A stretch of 63,040 nucleotides of DNA, the filler included, from Blastocystis sp. subtype 4 (Eukaryota): assembly GCF_000743755.1 (NCBI RefSeq). It is 29 parts of 29 records of this genome, joined end to end, with 100 filler letters (N's around TTAATTAATTAA, not from the genome) between each part and the next. Parts side by side here need not be neighbours in the genome. Positions count along the whole stretch, not along the records: positions 11,270 to 13,698 come from NW_014568828.1; positions 13,799 to 15,813 come from NW_014568827.1; positions 15,914 to 17,974 come from NW_014568826.1; positions 18,075 to 20,091 come from NW_014568825.1; positions 20,192 to 22,194 come from NW_014568824.1; positions 22,295 to 24,294 come from NW_014568823.1; 23 more parts are not named here. One strand, given 5' to 3'. Within the stretch, counting starts at the first letter, position 1; each line of letters begins with the position of its first letter. Below are positions 11,364 through 22,921 of this stretch, one piece after another. The notes below the pieces were generated by a model that was given only the letters and a program-made list of their open reading frames with translations, ran no database searches and was not told the DNA's origin. Made by a program: the position numbers and the translations under genes.

Positions 11364-11992
11364 TTTTCTTATTCGATATGAATATAACTGTATTTCATTC
11401 AACATTACCTAAAACTGATTCACGGGAATCAATTCAATTCATCGATCTCACATTATCTAATCATTCACTATTCTTATGAAGTTCATGATGATCCCATACT
11501 ATTACTATTTGATTCTGTATACAAACAATGTTAATGGGGTGATGATGGAATATGTATTAATAGAGCAATGTATTGTAGAGAATACACTCTGAAGAATCAT
11601 TGATTATCAACTCACGTGGTGTAGCATATGGTAATAGTATTTATGAATTCGATGAACAGATAACTGAGTGATAAACAGAAGATGGTGCACAATAACTGAA
11701 TAGAAACAAGGGGGAAAGACAATAATAAGGTGTCAAAGAAGCAGCAGATGGATCAGTAGTTGGATTAATTATCAAACAAACCATAGGATGATACTAACTC
11801 GATAGGTGATGATCAAAGTGGTTTGGCCAAGTGTCTGGTGTTGGCCATTTTCAGAGTAATCGATTCTCTGATTTCTGGACTTGCAATAATAGGACTCAAT
11901 TACTAGAATACCCGAAATACTAGATAATTTGATAAGGAGTTCAGTATGTAATGAAGTCATTCAATACTAATATTAATACATTGTTCAGCATT

Positions 11993-12577
11993 ATGAGCTC
12001 AGATCCTTCACTCAATCCAGATCATCCGCTTCATGGATTTGAATACATTGCTTCTGATAAGAAAGGAGATATGTATAAGAAGAATGGCGAATTCTATTAC
12101 CTTACTGTAGCATGTGTTGATGGAAAGAAAGAGGGAAAGGCTGAAATGAAGTCCATGGGTAAAGATAAGCCTGTTTGCATTTTGACTTATCAAAATAATA
12201 AGTTGAATGGACAATGCGCTTGTTTTGATAATAATGGTCATATCTTGGAATGTACATTGAAGGATGATGTTTTGGATGGTCCTTTCTCTGAGTATGATAA
12301 GATTGGTTCTGTGATTTGTCAAGGAGAGTATAAGAATGGAATACGAGTGAAAGAAGAGTTTCCTTTTTCTTCTGAGAGGGCTGCCGGAGTAGCTGCTGGT
12401 GTTGGAGCTGGAGTGGCTACTGCTGCTGCTACAGGTGCAATAGGTGCTGCAGCTGCTTTGCTTGGTTTCGGTTCTCCTGGAATTGTTGGTGGTTCTGTAG
12501 CTGCTTCTGTTATGGGTACTGTATGGACAACTGGTGTAGGAACCGGCCTGTTTTCTGCTATTTGGCGGCTACTGTAG
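11993..12577 (+). CDS. MORN-repeat protein with a C-terminal IFI6/IFI27 (ISG12)-like hydrophobic domain
   Basis: VDGKKEG, QNNKLNG, KDDVLDG, GEYKNG MORN-type turns; LGFGSPGIVGGSVAASVM matches the ISG12 motif GF...GI..GS.AA..M. Confidence 0.7.
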   Translation: MSSDPSLNPDHPLHGFEYIASDKKGDMYKKNGEFYYLTVACVDGKKEGKAEMKSMGKDKPVCILTYQNNKLNGQCACFDNNGHILECTLKDDVLDGPFSEYDKIGSVICQGEYKNGIRVKEEFPFSSERAAGVAAGVGAGVATAAATGAIGAAAALLGFGSPGIVGGSVAASVMGTVWTTGVGTGLFSAIWRLL

Positions 12578-13167
12578 CTGTTGAAGCGAAATCAATGAAG
12601 ATTCTATGATTATTGATGATTGTATTGAGACTACTTTGATTGACAGTTCTATGTTCTAATACAATCCATTCATTATCAACATCACATTCAAAACACATTT
12701 CAGTACGAATACATTAACAGGATTCAATCATCGCTCATGAATGAAGAACACTTCCTTCTTCCGTTATCTTCTGTTCTTTCATCTTCTGTCGATTGATGAT
12801 AATGAATGAAGCTTGTAAGAAACATGAACAGGATATGATAAGATAGTGAAAGGATATCTCATTGTTAATTCATGTATATACAACGGATAGTCTTATTGAG
12901 AACAATCATATAATATACTCATTCCCTTGGACAGACTCACAATATGTTCTGGCTCAACATATCTTTGTTCTCATCCAAACTCTTTCTTCATTAGATTCAT
13001 TTCTGGATTATTGAATGATAACTCATATCCACTCACCTGATCACAGGTTCAGCAACAAATCATCATTATGAAACATATTTGGTGGATTCATTAACCGTTT
13101 TATCTACTAGAATCATGAAATAGTCATTATATCTGTTTACAACTCAGTCTGTCTCACATATCATTAT

Positions 13168-13527
13168 TTGATTATCAAAATCAGCATATTACAAAGTCTC
13201 AAACAAGGAGATCGAACTGATAGACAGATTGAATATCTGAATCGATATTGTGTCTATGATATTGATATTGCCAAGATTGTAATGAGAACACGAATTGATA
13301 AGAAACTGAACATCTATTCACCACAGGAATTCAAGGGAATACTGGCTCAATCTGGTTGTGAGTATCTGTTCAAGAGTATTCAATTCGCTTCTAGAAAGGA
13401 TGATATCACAAAACCAAGGAAGTGGTTATATACTGAACCAAGTGGTGAGAAGTACCACGATCTCTTCTTTGGTATTCGACCTGATATCATGAATGGAGAG
13501 TACAAAGAAGAGATTGGAAAGGATTTT
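13168..13527 (+). pseudogene. Virus-like gene fragment, possibly a primase-helicase-associated region, cut by an element terminus
   Basis: Intronless; KWLYTEPSGEKYHDLFFGIRPD recalls the W-L...Y..(I/L).F.P region upstream of D5/SF3 helicase domains; the reading frame runs directly into the terminus at 13528. Confidence 0.4.
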
Positions 13528-13698
13528 AGTAGTAGTGTTTTGACGCATGTTACGTATTTTTTTCATCCAGACAAACCGTCGCAAACATGGGCCTCCAATC
13601 CTGGGTAGCTATACACGCTTAACCCTACCAGACAAAATCGCCAGTAAAATGCAGACAAAAAGGCCCATAAACAAGCTCGAAAAGGCAGACATTTTGAT
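13528..13698 (+). mobile_element. Polinton/Maverick-like terminus, R-type (copy 1)
   Basis: Begins AGTAGTAGTG-TTTTGACG; homologous to 22582-22837, 27451-27802 and 50993-51197. Confidence 0.8.
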
Positions 13699-14053
13699 NN
13701 NNNNNNNNNNNNNNNNNNNNNNNNNNNNNNNNNNNNNNNNNNTTAATTAATTAANNNNNNNNNNNNNNNNNNNNNNNNNNNNNNNNNNNNNNNNNNNNTT
13801 CATCCTTGTAATTCATACATCGATTCTTAGTACCTTCCTATCATCATTTGGATAATTCATCAGATTTGGCTAATACAGACATTATCGATGGCAATGACTA
13901 TTTCATATATTCAATGATACATGAAAAGATCAATGCATATTGCTTCATTCAATAAGAAAGAAACAACTGAGTCTTCTTTCACTTTTATCTTGTTGTTCAT
14001 TCGTTTATTCTATTGTATCAACTTTTGTATTTTGGCATTTGTTTTTCCTTTTC

Positions 14054-14959
14054 ATGAGCTGGATCAAGCAATTCTACTGTTCTCTAGAGTATCCGATGAT
14101 ATATTGCATGGAAGACTTTCTTGGAGGACCTAAACCATTTCAAGTACGTTCTGCTGTCAATCTTCAAGTACAAGGTTATTTATGAACTAATGATTTTAGA
14201 AAGGGGGTACTTTTCTGTATGTCCTTCTTTTAATGATTCTATTCCACAACTATTCTCTTCAACTGATTCTGTACATATCTTTATCATAACTATCCTTTCG
14301 AAAGGTTTTCTTAACATACAATGGGGTCTTCACGGTTCTTATGGCTTAATTTGGTTAATGAAGAGTTATGTGATGCCTGACTTGGCTTTTGAGCGACCTT
14401 GTACTATTGGATCAAGTATTGCTGCTTGTTGGTGTTTATTTGTGTTATTTATGTAGTTGTTCTTATTCTCCTTCCTTATTGGGTTGCTCCTTTTCTTATC
14501 GCATCTGGACGTACTACAACTCCTCCAGTTCCTGTGATGGGTATAGCTGTTTTGCTTCATACTCTGGGAGTAGCGATAATGCTGGTCTCGGATGCTCAGA
14601 AGTACTATACGCTTCAGTATAAGAAGGGACTCATCACAGATGGTATGTTTAAGTATATTCGAAGTCCCAATTATTTGGGAGAAGTGATGATTTATTCTTC
14701 ATATGGTCTGGTGGCCAATGTATTCATTAGATATTCGATCAATTTGTAGCATTGGATTCCATGGATAATTCTGATATATGTTTGGGTTAGTGTTTTTGCG
14801 ACACGTATTATCACTAAAGAAAAGCGAATGGAACGGTATGAATTGAATGGGAAGGTGAATATCAGATATCCTGAATGGAAGGAGTATAAGAAGAGAACGA
14901 ATTGTATAGTACCTCTCAAGTTCTTTTATCACTTTTTTGAGAAGAAGAAGAGTGAATGA
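14054..14959 (+). CDS. DUF1295 / steroid 5-alpha-reductase-like membrane protein, several short introns
   Basis: DFLGGPKP; LHGSYGLIWLMK; SDAQKYYTL...GLITDGMFKYIRSPNYLGEVMIY; YPEWKEYKKRT...P. Confidence 0.85.
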
Positions 14960-15052
14960 AGTGTTCAATAACAGAGTATTAGGTTATTGCATATTTGAAA
15001 GTGGATTGTTGTGAATCGGTCTGATATGTTGAGTTCATAAACAAAGAGAATA

Positions 15053-15813
15053 TCAACAAGGCTCAGTCTCATTGTTAGGATAAGTGTTCAATGTATCACC
15101 CATCTCCCAGTTCCAAGTGAAACGACATTGATCAATATCTCTCTCATTAGTCATATCATAATACCAGAGATTGTTAGAATCTGATGTAGAACACATTGGA
15201 GGATATGATACTGATACTTCTCTAGCATTGACTCCCACTCCAGTCTCAGATTGATCACAAGCATTTCTTAATGCAGTATCAAATCCATCATTGTACTGAT
15301 TGTAAGCATTACTGTTGAAGTTCATTTGTGTCAATTTAGGGAAATTCTCCTTATCAGTACACATTGTATGAAGATTTGAAACAATGTTTGCAGTTGTAGT
15401 ATTAACATCTGTTGTAGCCTCATAAGCAGAAGCTTTGTGACCAGTCACTTGCAAGTACTCAAGATTCTTGAAGTATCCCTTATCACGATTATCAACCATC
15501 CATTGAATAAGTGTATCCAATCCCCCTCTCATGAAAGAACCATCTCCAAATACAATTCGAGAAGGACGAGTGAATTCAGAAAGAGAAATGAGAGGAATAG
15601 CAAGAGTAGCATCAACATATCTCACAATCTCTTGTAATCAGAATAGAAGTACATATCAATAGGAGATGGATTCTTCTTAGTTTGAGCAGCAAGAGATGTA
15701 CGGAACAACTCAATAGAAGGCTGAGTCATTCCAGAAAGAGCAAGAACTCGAGTGTGCTTAAGAGCCTTAGTAGGGAAAGCATCTCTCACAGCCAGATATC
15801 TCCTCAGGACTTC
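15053..15813 (-). CDS. 3' part of an uncharacterised protein with LRR-like segments (apparent 1-nt frameshifts near 15630 and 15735)
   Basis: 190-aa ORF with FKNLEYLQV and FPKLTQMNF; upstream coding-like sequence continues to the contig edge. Confidence 0.6.
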
Positions 15814-15913
15814 NNNNNNNNNNNNNNNNNNNNNNNNNNNNNNNNNNNNNNNNNNNNTTAATTAATTAANNNNNNNNNNNNNNNNNNNNNNNNNNNNNNN
15901 NNNNNNNNNNNNN

Positions 15914-17830
15914 TTTGCTGATAGTACTTTGGCTGATATTCCTAACTTCACTTATGATTCTTCAATCACCGTGTACAAGGGCATTGAGATGGCTGAAGTG
16001 ATTCCTCAGAATACAGATGGTTATTTCGATTTCAGAGTTTCCCCTTCTCTTCCTGCTGGTATTGTGTTGAACCCTCACACTGGTTGGATTTCAGGTACTG
16101 CGACTGTTGGGAATGTTACTCAAACCTACACCATCACTGCTACTAAGATGACTGGAGGAGATGTGAGTGATACTATCTCTCTATCAGTTTCAATATGTAC
16201 TGGAGACAAGGGATTGATGACTATTCGTATCAGAACTGATACTTATCCCAATGAGAATTCATGGAAACTATATGAAGGAAGAGGAACCTCAGGAACTGTA
16301 TTGAGATCTGTATCCATGTTCCCTGTATCAAGTGCTTATTACTATGTTGATTTCTGTTTGAATGATGGAATCTACACATTTGAAGGATCTGATTCATATG
16401 AAGATGGATGGGCTGTAGGAAGTGGTTATACTTTGACTGTTGATTATGGAGAGATGGAGTTGGACATCAATGAAGTGCCCGAATTAGATACAGCACCATC
16501 TACTGTGACAACTGTGTTCTCAACATATTTCCCTTTCCAAATTGAATACACAGATTGGAAGGTGATACAGAGTGATGTGTCAAGTGATTGGAATAGTGTG
16601 AGTTTCGATGATTCCACTTGGAACACATACAAGGCTGTTGATATTCCTTCGACTTCTTCAATCACAACATATATCCGAAAGAGTTTCACAATGAGTGGAG
16701 TGAATGATTACCAAGTGTTGAATGTTCGAGTGAAGTATTCTGGAGGAGTAGCTGCCTATCTGAATGGAAATCTGGTTGCTCGATTCAATCTGGCTGAAGA
16801 TTTTGATTCAACAAGTCTATCAATCACTGATCATGATGCTAGTGTATTCTCGAAGTTCCATGTGATTCTGTCAACATCTGGAATTGAGGAAGGTAATAAT
16901 GTATTCAGTTTCGAGATTCATCGTCCTTTGAATGGTTCTTCTGATCCTGTTGTGTTTGATGCTACTGGAGTATTTGGAGTTGAAGACTGTTCTACTGTTG
17001 TTGATTCTTATTCTTCTCTCACTTCTACTGAACTTACTGAACTAGAATATGGTACTGTTGCTGGAATCATGGATCTTGATACTTACACTATTAGTATTCT
17101 TCCTAATACGATTGGCACGTATATTGAATGGACTGTTGAGAATCTGGAAGGAAGCAAATGGAACTCATTCAACATTCTAGGTTATCCTAGTATTCTTTCT
17201 TGGGGCTTTGATATCTATGGTTATTCCAATCCTGATGATGAACAGGAATCAATGACAATTCTGAGTGCTGTGAATCAGACTGTGATTGAAAGAACAAAGC
17301 CTCAGATTGCTGTTCTTGATGCTCTGACTGGATTCCACAGATATCGATGGCAAGTCACTGAGACTGACTCAGATTACTTGGTTATTACATCAATTCATAT
17401 GGCCTATTGCAAGGATCCCAGATACAATGATCCGAACTGGACACCTGTTCTCACACCAACTCCAATTCCAACTTCGACTCTAATTCCCACTGATGCTCCC
17501 ACAACAGTATTGCCAACATCTGCTCTTACTACTGTTTCTCCTACAATTGTTCCTACAACTAATCCTCCAACTACGATTCCTCCTCCAACTATTCTTCCTA
17601 CTATTCTCCCTCCTACTACTTCTAATCCTACTACTCTTCCTCCAACTACTGTATCTCCTACCACAGCTATCCCGACTTCATTAGCTCCAACAACACCCAT
17701 TCCTCCAACTCAATCTCCTGCTACACCATCTCCTCCAGTGAGTTATGAATGTACACATCAGGGTTATTCTCTCTATCTGTCTCATTATTCACTCAAGTGT
17801 TCTTCTGATTGTGATCAATATGTGGAGTAA
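15914..17830 (+). CDS. Surface-protein family member with a Thr/Pro-rich mucin-like stalk (partial)
   Basis: 633-aa ORF; family core ends at HMAYCK, then about 95 aa of PTT-rich sequence; 3' end may continue via an intron. Confidence 0.85.
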   Translation, partial: FADSTLADIPNFTYDSSITVYKGIEMAEVIPQNTDGYFDFRVSPSLPAGIVLNPHTGWISGTATVGNVTQTYTITATKMTGGDVSDTISLSVSICTGDKGLMTIRIRTDTYPNENSWKLYEGRGTSGTVLRSVSMFPVSSAYYYVDFCLNDGIYTFEGSDSYEDGWAVGSGYTLTVDYGEMELDINEVPELDTAPSTVTTVFSTYFPFQIEYTDWKVIQSDVSSDWNSVSFDDSTWNTYKAVDIPSTSSITTYIRKSFTMSGVNDYQVLNVRVKYSGGVAAYLNGNLVARFNLAEDFDSTSLSITDHDASVFSKFHVILSTSGIEEGNNVFSFEIHRPLNGSSDPVVFDATGVFGVEDCSTVVDSYSSLTSTELTELEYGTVAGIMDLDTYTISILPNTIGTYIEWTVENLEGSKWNSFNILGYPSILSWGFDIYGYSNPDDEQESMTILSAVNQTVIERTKPQIAVLDALTGFHRYRWQVTETDSDYLVITSIHMAYCKDPRYNDPNWTPVLTPTPIPTSTLIPTDAPTTVLPTSALTTVSPTIVPTTNPPTTIPPPTILPTILPPTTSNPTTLPPTTVSPTTAIPTSLAPTTPIPPTQSPATPSPPVSYECTHQGYSLYLSHYSLKCSSDCDQYVE

Positions 17831-18074
17831 TGTTGATTGTATGATAATCACAATAGAAATCATTATCCCTTCTAGTACACTTCATGTATCACTCTCAATT
17901 CGATCCGATACAAGTATCCATTCGCATCCACACTCAATGCTCTTGCTGACTTCAACACCACTCATCTTGATCTANNNNNNNNNNNNNNNNNNNNNNNNNN
18001 NNNNNNNNNNNNNNNNNNTTAATTAATTAANNNNNNNNNNNNNNNNNNNNNNNNNNNNNNNNNNNNNNNNNNNN

Positions 18075-20091
18075 TATCCATATCCACAATTCTTCACAGA
18101 CATCTGACCTTCATTCACAGAAGGATATGCTCCTTCTCCAGCACATATTGCTCCCACAGGCTTACAATAAGCCATATGAATCGAAGCCAGCGACATGGAA
18201 TCACCTCCAATCATGGTAATCTCCCATCGATACTTTCTGAATGTTGACATTGAGATAGGCACAGGGATTTGAGGTTTTGTACGAGAAGTGATTGTTTGAT
18301 CATCAACATCCAGAATGGTGACTGGTTCCTCAGCAGTATTGTTAGGATGATAATATCCATCGATAGTGAAACCCAAAGAGAGAGTAGTAAAACCAACCAT
18401 GTTGAATGAGTTAGCTTTGCTTCCAACAAGATTCTCAACAGTCCAGTCAATATAGGCTCCAATCGTATTTGGAACAGTATTAGTAGTGTAAGGATTCAGA
18501 TCCATGACTTTGACAACGGCAGTGTGAGACAACCTATTTGACGATAGTGAAGAATAAGAATCAACAACAGTAGAACAGTCTTCAACTCCAAATACTCCAG
18601 TAGCATCAAACACAACAGGATCAGAAGAAGAACCATTCAAAGGACGATGAATCTCGAAACTGAATACATTACTGCCTTCCTCAATTCCAGCTGTTGACAG
18701 AATCACATGGAACTTCGAGAACACATTAGCATCATGATCAGTGATTGATAGACTTGTTGAATCGAAGTCCTCTTCAAGATTGAATCGAGCAACCAGATTT
18801 CCATTCAGATAGGCAGCCACTCCTCCAGAATACTTCACTCGAACATTCAATACTTGATAATCATTCACTCCACTCATTGTGAAACTCTTTCGGATATATG
18901 TTGTGATTGAAGAAGTGGAAGGAATATCAACAGCCTTGTATGTGTTCCAAGTNGAATCATCGAAACTGACAGTATTCCAATCACTTGACACATCACTCTG
19001 TATCACCTTCCAATCTGTGTATTCAATCTGGAAAGGGAAATACGTTGAGAACACAGTTGTTACGGTCACAGGCTTAGTACCCTGACTGCTCATTTCCATG
19101 ATATCTAACTCCATCTCTCCATAATCAACAGTCAAAGTGTAACCAGTTCCACTATCCCATCCATCTCCAAATGAATCAGCTCCTTCAAATGTGTAGATTC
19201 CATCATTCAAACAGAAATCAACATAGTAATAAGCATTTGATACAGGAAATGAAGATACTGACTGAAGAACAGTTCCTGATGTTCCTCTTCCTTCATACAG
19301 TTTCCATGAATTCTCATTGGGATAGATTACAGCTCTGATACGAACAGTCATCAATCCCTTACCTCCAGTACATATTGTAACTGAGAGAGAGATAGTGGCA
19401 GTCACATCTCCTCCACTAATCTTAGTAGCAGTGATGGTGTAGGTTTGACTACCATTCCCAGCAGTGGCAGTACCTGAGATCCAACCAGTCAGAGGATCTA
19501 ACACAATACCAGCAGGAAGAGAAGGATTGATTCTGAAGTTGAAATAACCATCAGTGTTCTGAGGAATCACTTCAGCCATCTCAACATTCTTGAATACAGT
19601 GATTGAAGAATCATAAGTGAAGTTTGGAATATCAGCCAACACATTATCAGCAAACAGATCCAGAGATTGAACTCTCCAAGAACAAGAAGAAGGATTACCA
19701 GTAGCAAAGTTCTCAAACTTGAATTGATTGTAAGGAGTATTGTTAGTGAAATAGACCCTTCTCTTCTGACCCACAGTAGAATAAGTGAGACCAGTGACTT
19801 CCTTCAGAAGTGTCCATTCATCATCATTCGAATTTCGACCATACAGATTGAATTGGGTAGCAACCTGACTACTGTAGAGATTAGAGTAATAGTTCTGAAT
19901 CTGAACAGAACTGATCCATTCATGACGATTGTTTGATAGAGTCACAATCAGAGAATTGGAAGTACAGAATGGATAATAGATGTTGGTTCCAAAATACATA
20001 TCAAATGGATATACGGAATAACCACTGATTCCAGACATACTTGAAGTGAATTCCCAGATATGAGATTCAGATTGTTCTGATGACATCAAAC
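18075..20091 (-). CDS. Surface-protein family member (partial)
   Basis: Open frame across the whole contig; family core followed by CKPVGAICAGEGAYPSVNEGQMSVKNC. Confidence 0.85.
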
Positions 20092-20191
20092 NNNNNNNNN
20101 NNNNNNNNNNNNNNNNNNNNNNNNNNNNNNNNNNNTTAATTAATTAANNNNNNNNNNNNNNNNNNNNNNNNNNNNNNNNNNNNNNNNNNNN

Positions 20192-20290
20192 AAATAAACA
20201 TACAACAAGTCTTTCGATTGTGATTGCTATCCGATGCTTTTGCCTTTCTGTTCAGTCATTTCATCCTCCTTGATTATCAAGAAACACAAT
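20192..20290 (-). repeat. Repeat B copy
   Basis: Reverse complement of 8402-8500. Confidence 0.92.
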
Positions 20291-20488
20291 CTTTTGCAAT
20301 TGATTGTGGAAGACGATACAAGTATCCATTAGAGAATGAAATTTTCTGTTTTAGGGACGCTTGTCATGAATACTGAAGTAAACTGAATTAGCTTTTTGGG
20401 TTCTTCTTTTTGCAAACTCTCCCTTGTTTTAAGCATAGCTATTAATTCCAATCCTTACCAAGATAGAATGTGATAATTCACAATAATC

Positions 20489-22004
20489 ATGGAATCATCA
20501 CCCCCTTCCAAATCTTCTAATGTGGATGAAGCTGCAAACAAGAAGAAATATGCGATCTTGTTTGGGTACTGTGGGACGGGCTATCATGGTTCGCAAACGT
20601 TTCGTGTGATTTTCAATTTCATATATGTAGAAATAAGGGCCTTGATACGATTGATGATGACCTCATTGACGGTTTACACAAGGCAGGTTGTATTTCCGAT
20701 TCTAACTTCTTTGATGAAAATAAGTTCATTAAGGTTTGGTATCAATTGAATTTATGAGATATCTAGAATGGTTGGAATCGAGCCGCTCGTACTGACAAAG
20801 GCGTTCACGCTGCTGGAAATGTGATTAGTTGTAAGCTTGCTGTAGTTGCTGGGAAGGAGAAAGAAACGGTAAATCGTATCAACGCATGTTTACCTCCTGC
20901 AATTCGTGTATTCAAAATAATTCGGTTATAGTGATAATGTGGTTTCATTCTTAGGACTACTAAGAACTTCAATGCTAAGAACTTTTGTGATCGGAGACAA
21001 TATGAATATCTACTTCCTGTATATGCACTCCAACCCTTCGTGAAAGGAGATTCCGTGAAAACTGTGGAAGAGGACATTCGTTGTTGTTGGGTCGAATTCT
21101 GTGATAACGAGGAGTACTTGAAAGCGAAAGAGAGAGGAGAAGATGTTGAAAATCCCTGTGAAGATCGGTCAGGCAATCGTCAGCGTGCAAAGTCTTTGGG
21201 CCTTGCTCAGAGTCTACTTGAAATGGAAGGAACATTTTCAAAGTATGTTTCCGATGACCAAGATGCTGAGTTTGGAGGCTGTATTCCTGAAGAACAGTGG
21301 CCTGAATACTTGCCTCTTGCGTTGAAACGACTGCGAGCATGTATGCATCTGTTTGAAGGAACTCATAATTTTCATAATTATACTGTTGGAAAGACTGCAG
21401 CTGATGCATCGGCCCAGCGACATATCTTGGGTATCATAGTAAGTAATCCTATTCGTATTCATGACGAACTGTATCTTCGTATTCGTTTAGAAGGTCAGAG
21501 TTTTATGTTGCACCAAATTCGTAAAATGATTGGAATCGGAGTAGAAGTAGCTAGAGGACGCTGTTCTCTATACACTGTGAATTGCAGTTTAAGTAGAGGG
21601 AATATGATCACACCTATGGCTCCTAGTACTGGGTTGTTCCTAGATAAAGTAGGTGTTTGAATACATTGTGACCGTAGCCAATATTTACAGAATACAATCG
21701 AAAACAAAGTGTTGATGAAGCTAGACGCTTGGATTTGGATGATCCATCAATTCGTCCAGAAAGGTGTTCATTTAAGCGTAGTCAAATTTACGAACATATT
21801 GATGACCAAATCAAGGAAGATAATGTGTTTAGAGCTTGGTTAAGTTCGAATGACAGTTTTGAGAAAGAGTACCGAGTTGTATATCCTACTAAAGATGAAA
21901 TGGTGAAATTGGAAGAAGAAGCCAAAGAATTAAACAAAATGAAACGTTTAGAAAAGGCTGAAAAGTGGGATAAGAAAAGAAAGATTGACAATAATGATAA
22001 TTAG
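20489..22004 (+). CDS. PUS1: tRNA pseudouridine synthase, TruA family (PUS1-like), with short introns
   Basis: KKKYAILFGYCGTGYHGSQ; RAARTDKGVHAAGN; FNAKNFCDRRQYEYLLP; FEGTHNFHNYT; GQSFMLHQIRKMIG; PMAPSTGLFL. Confidence 0.93.
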
Positions 22005-22071
22005 GGATGATTTGTTTGTTCTTTGGATTCATTATACATTTCATAGTTTAACTCTCAGAGGTCATTTTAGT

Positions 22072-22194
22072 ACCATTTCTGATCCAGATTGATTTTCAAA
22101 AGGATCATAACTGGTCTAGTTGTTGAAATCGATCAATTGAATTCAATGATTGTAAATAAGAATGAATAGAGAAAAGAGTATGTGAATGTGTGAT
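22072..22194 (-). repeat. Repeat A copy
   Basis: Reverse complement of 6542-6664. Confidence 0.9.
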
Positions 22195-22294
22195 NNNNNN
22201 NNNNNNNNNNNNNNNNNNNNNNNNNNNNNNNNNNNNNNTTAATTAATTAANNNNNNNNNNNNNNNNNNNNNNNNNNNNNNNNNNNNNNNNNNNN

Positions 22295-22470
22295 AATGTA
22301 ATTGTTGTGAATCATTATGAGTGAAGGAGATACTTCATCCCATGAATACTGATGAGAATAAAAGAAGAGATCACCATTCATGAATAATGAATTGGGTAAT
22401 AGAACTGGAGTCAGATTGAATGTCTTGTATGACTCTATCATTCCATGTTGATCACCATTCTTTGTCAGGC
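22295..22470 (-). pseudogene. Fragment of a nucleotide-diphospho-sugar transferase (GT77-like)
   Basis: GDQHG...LLPNSLFMNGDLFF...IMIHNNYI resembles the DQ...LP..LF.NG...H.NY motif; no intact 5' part before the adjacent element terminus. Confidence 0.5.
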
Positions 22471-22581
22471 CTCTGAGTAGAATGTGTTGTTTGATAGTTT
22501 GTGAATAGGTGACTTATCATTTCTGAAATGTATCGTTGAATCATATCATTAGGAAATCTCATACTGTTTATTAATCTTTCA

Positions 22582-22837
22582 TTGCTAGAAAACAAACAAC
22601 AAAGATTTTGTGCTTCATGTTGCCCATGATTTGACTTGAAATGGGTTGGATATACTCCAAATTATGATCAAAGTATCTGCCTTTTCGAGCTTGTTTATGA
22701 GCCTTTTTGTCTGCATTTTCGTGGCGATTTTGTCTGCTACCCTCTTCCTTGTATAGCTACCCAGGGTTGGAGGCCCATGTTTGCAATGATTTGTCTGCTT
22801 CTAAACAATACGTAACATACGTCAATTACCTACTACT
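22582..22837 (-). mobile_element. Polinton/Maverick-like terminus, R-type (copy 2)
   Basis: Ends ...catacgtcaattacctactact, i.e. AGTAGTAGGTAATTGACG on the minus strand. Confidence 0.8.
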
Positions 22838-22921
22838 TGTAATGATTTCATTCATATTAGATTCAAATTCACTATAAATGGAATATTCTAGTGTCTAACA
22901 AACAATTCTACGTTTTGACAA

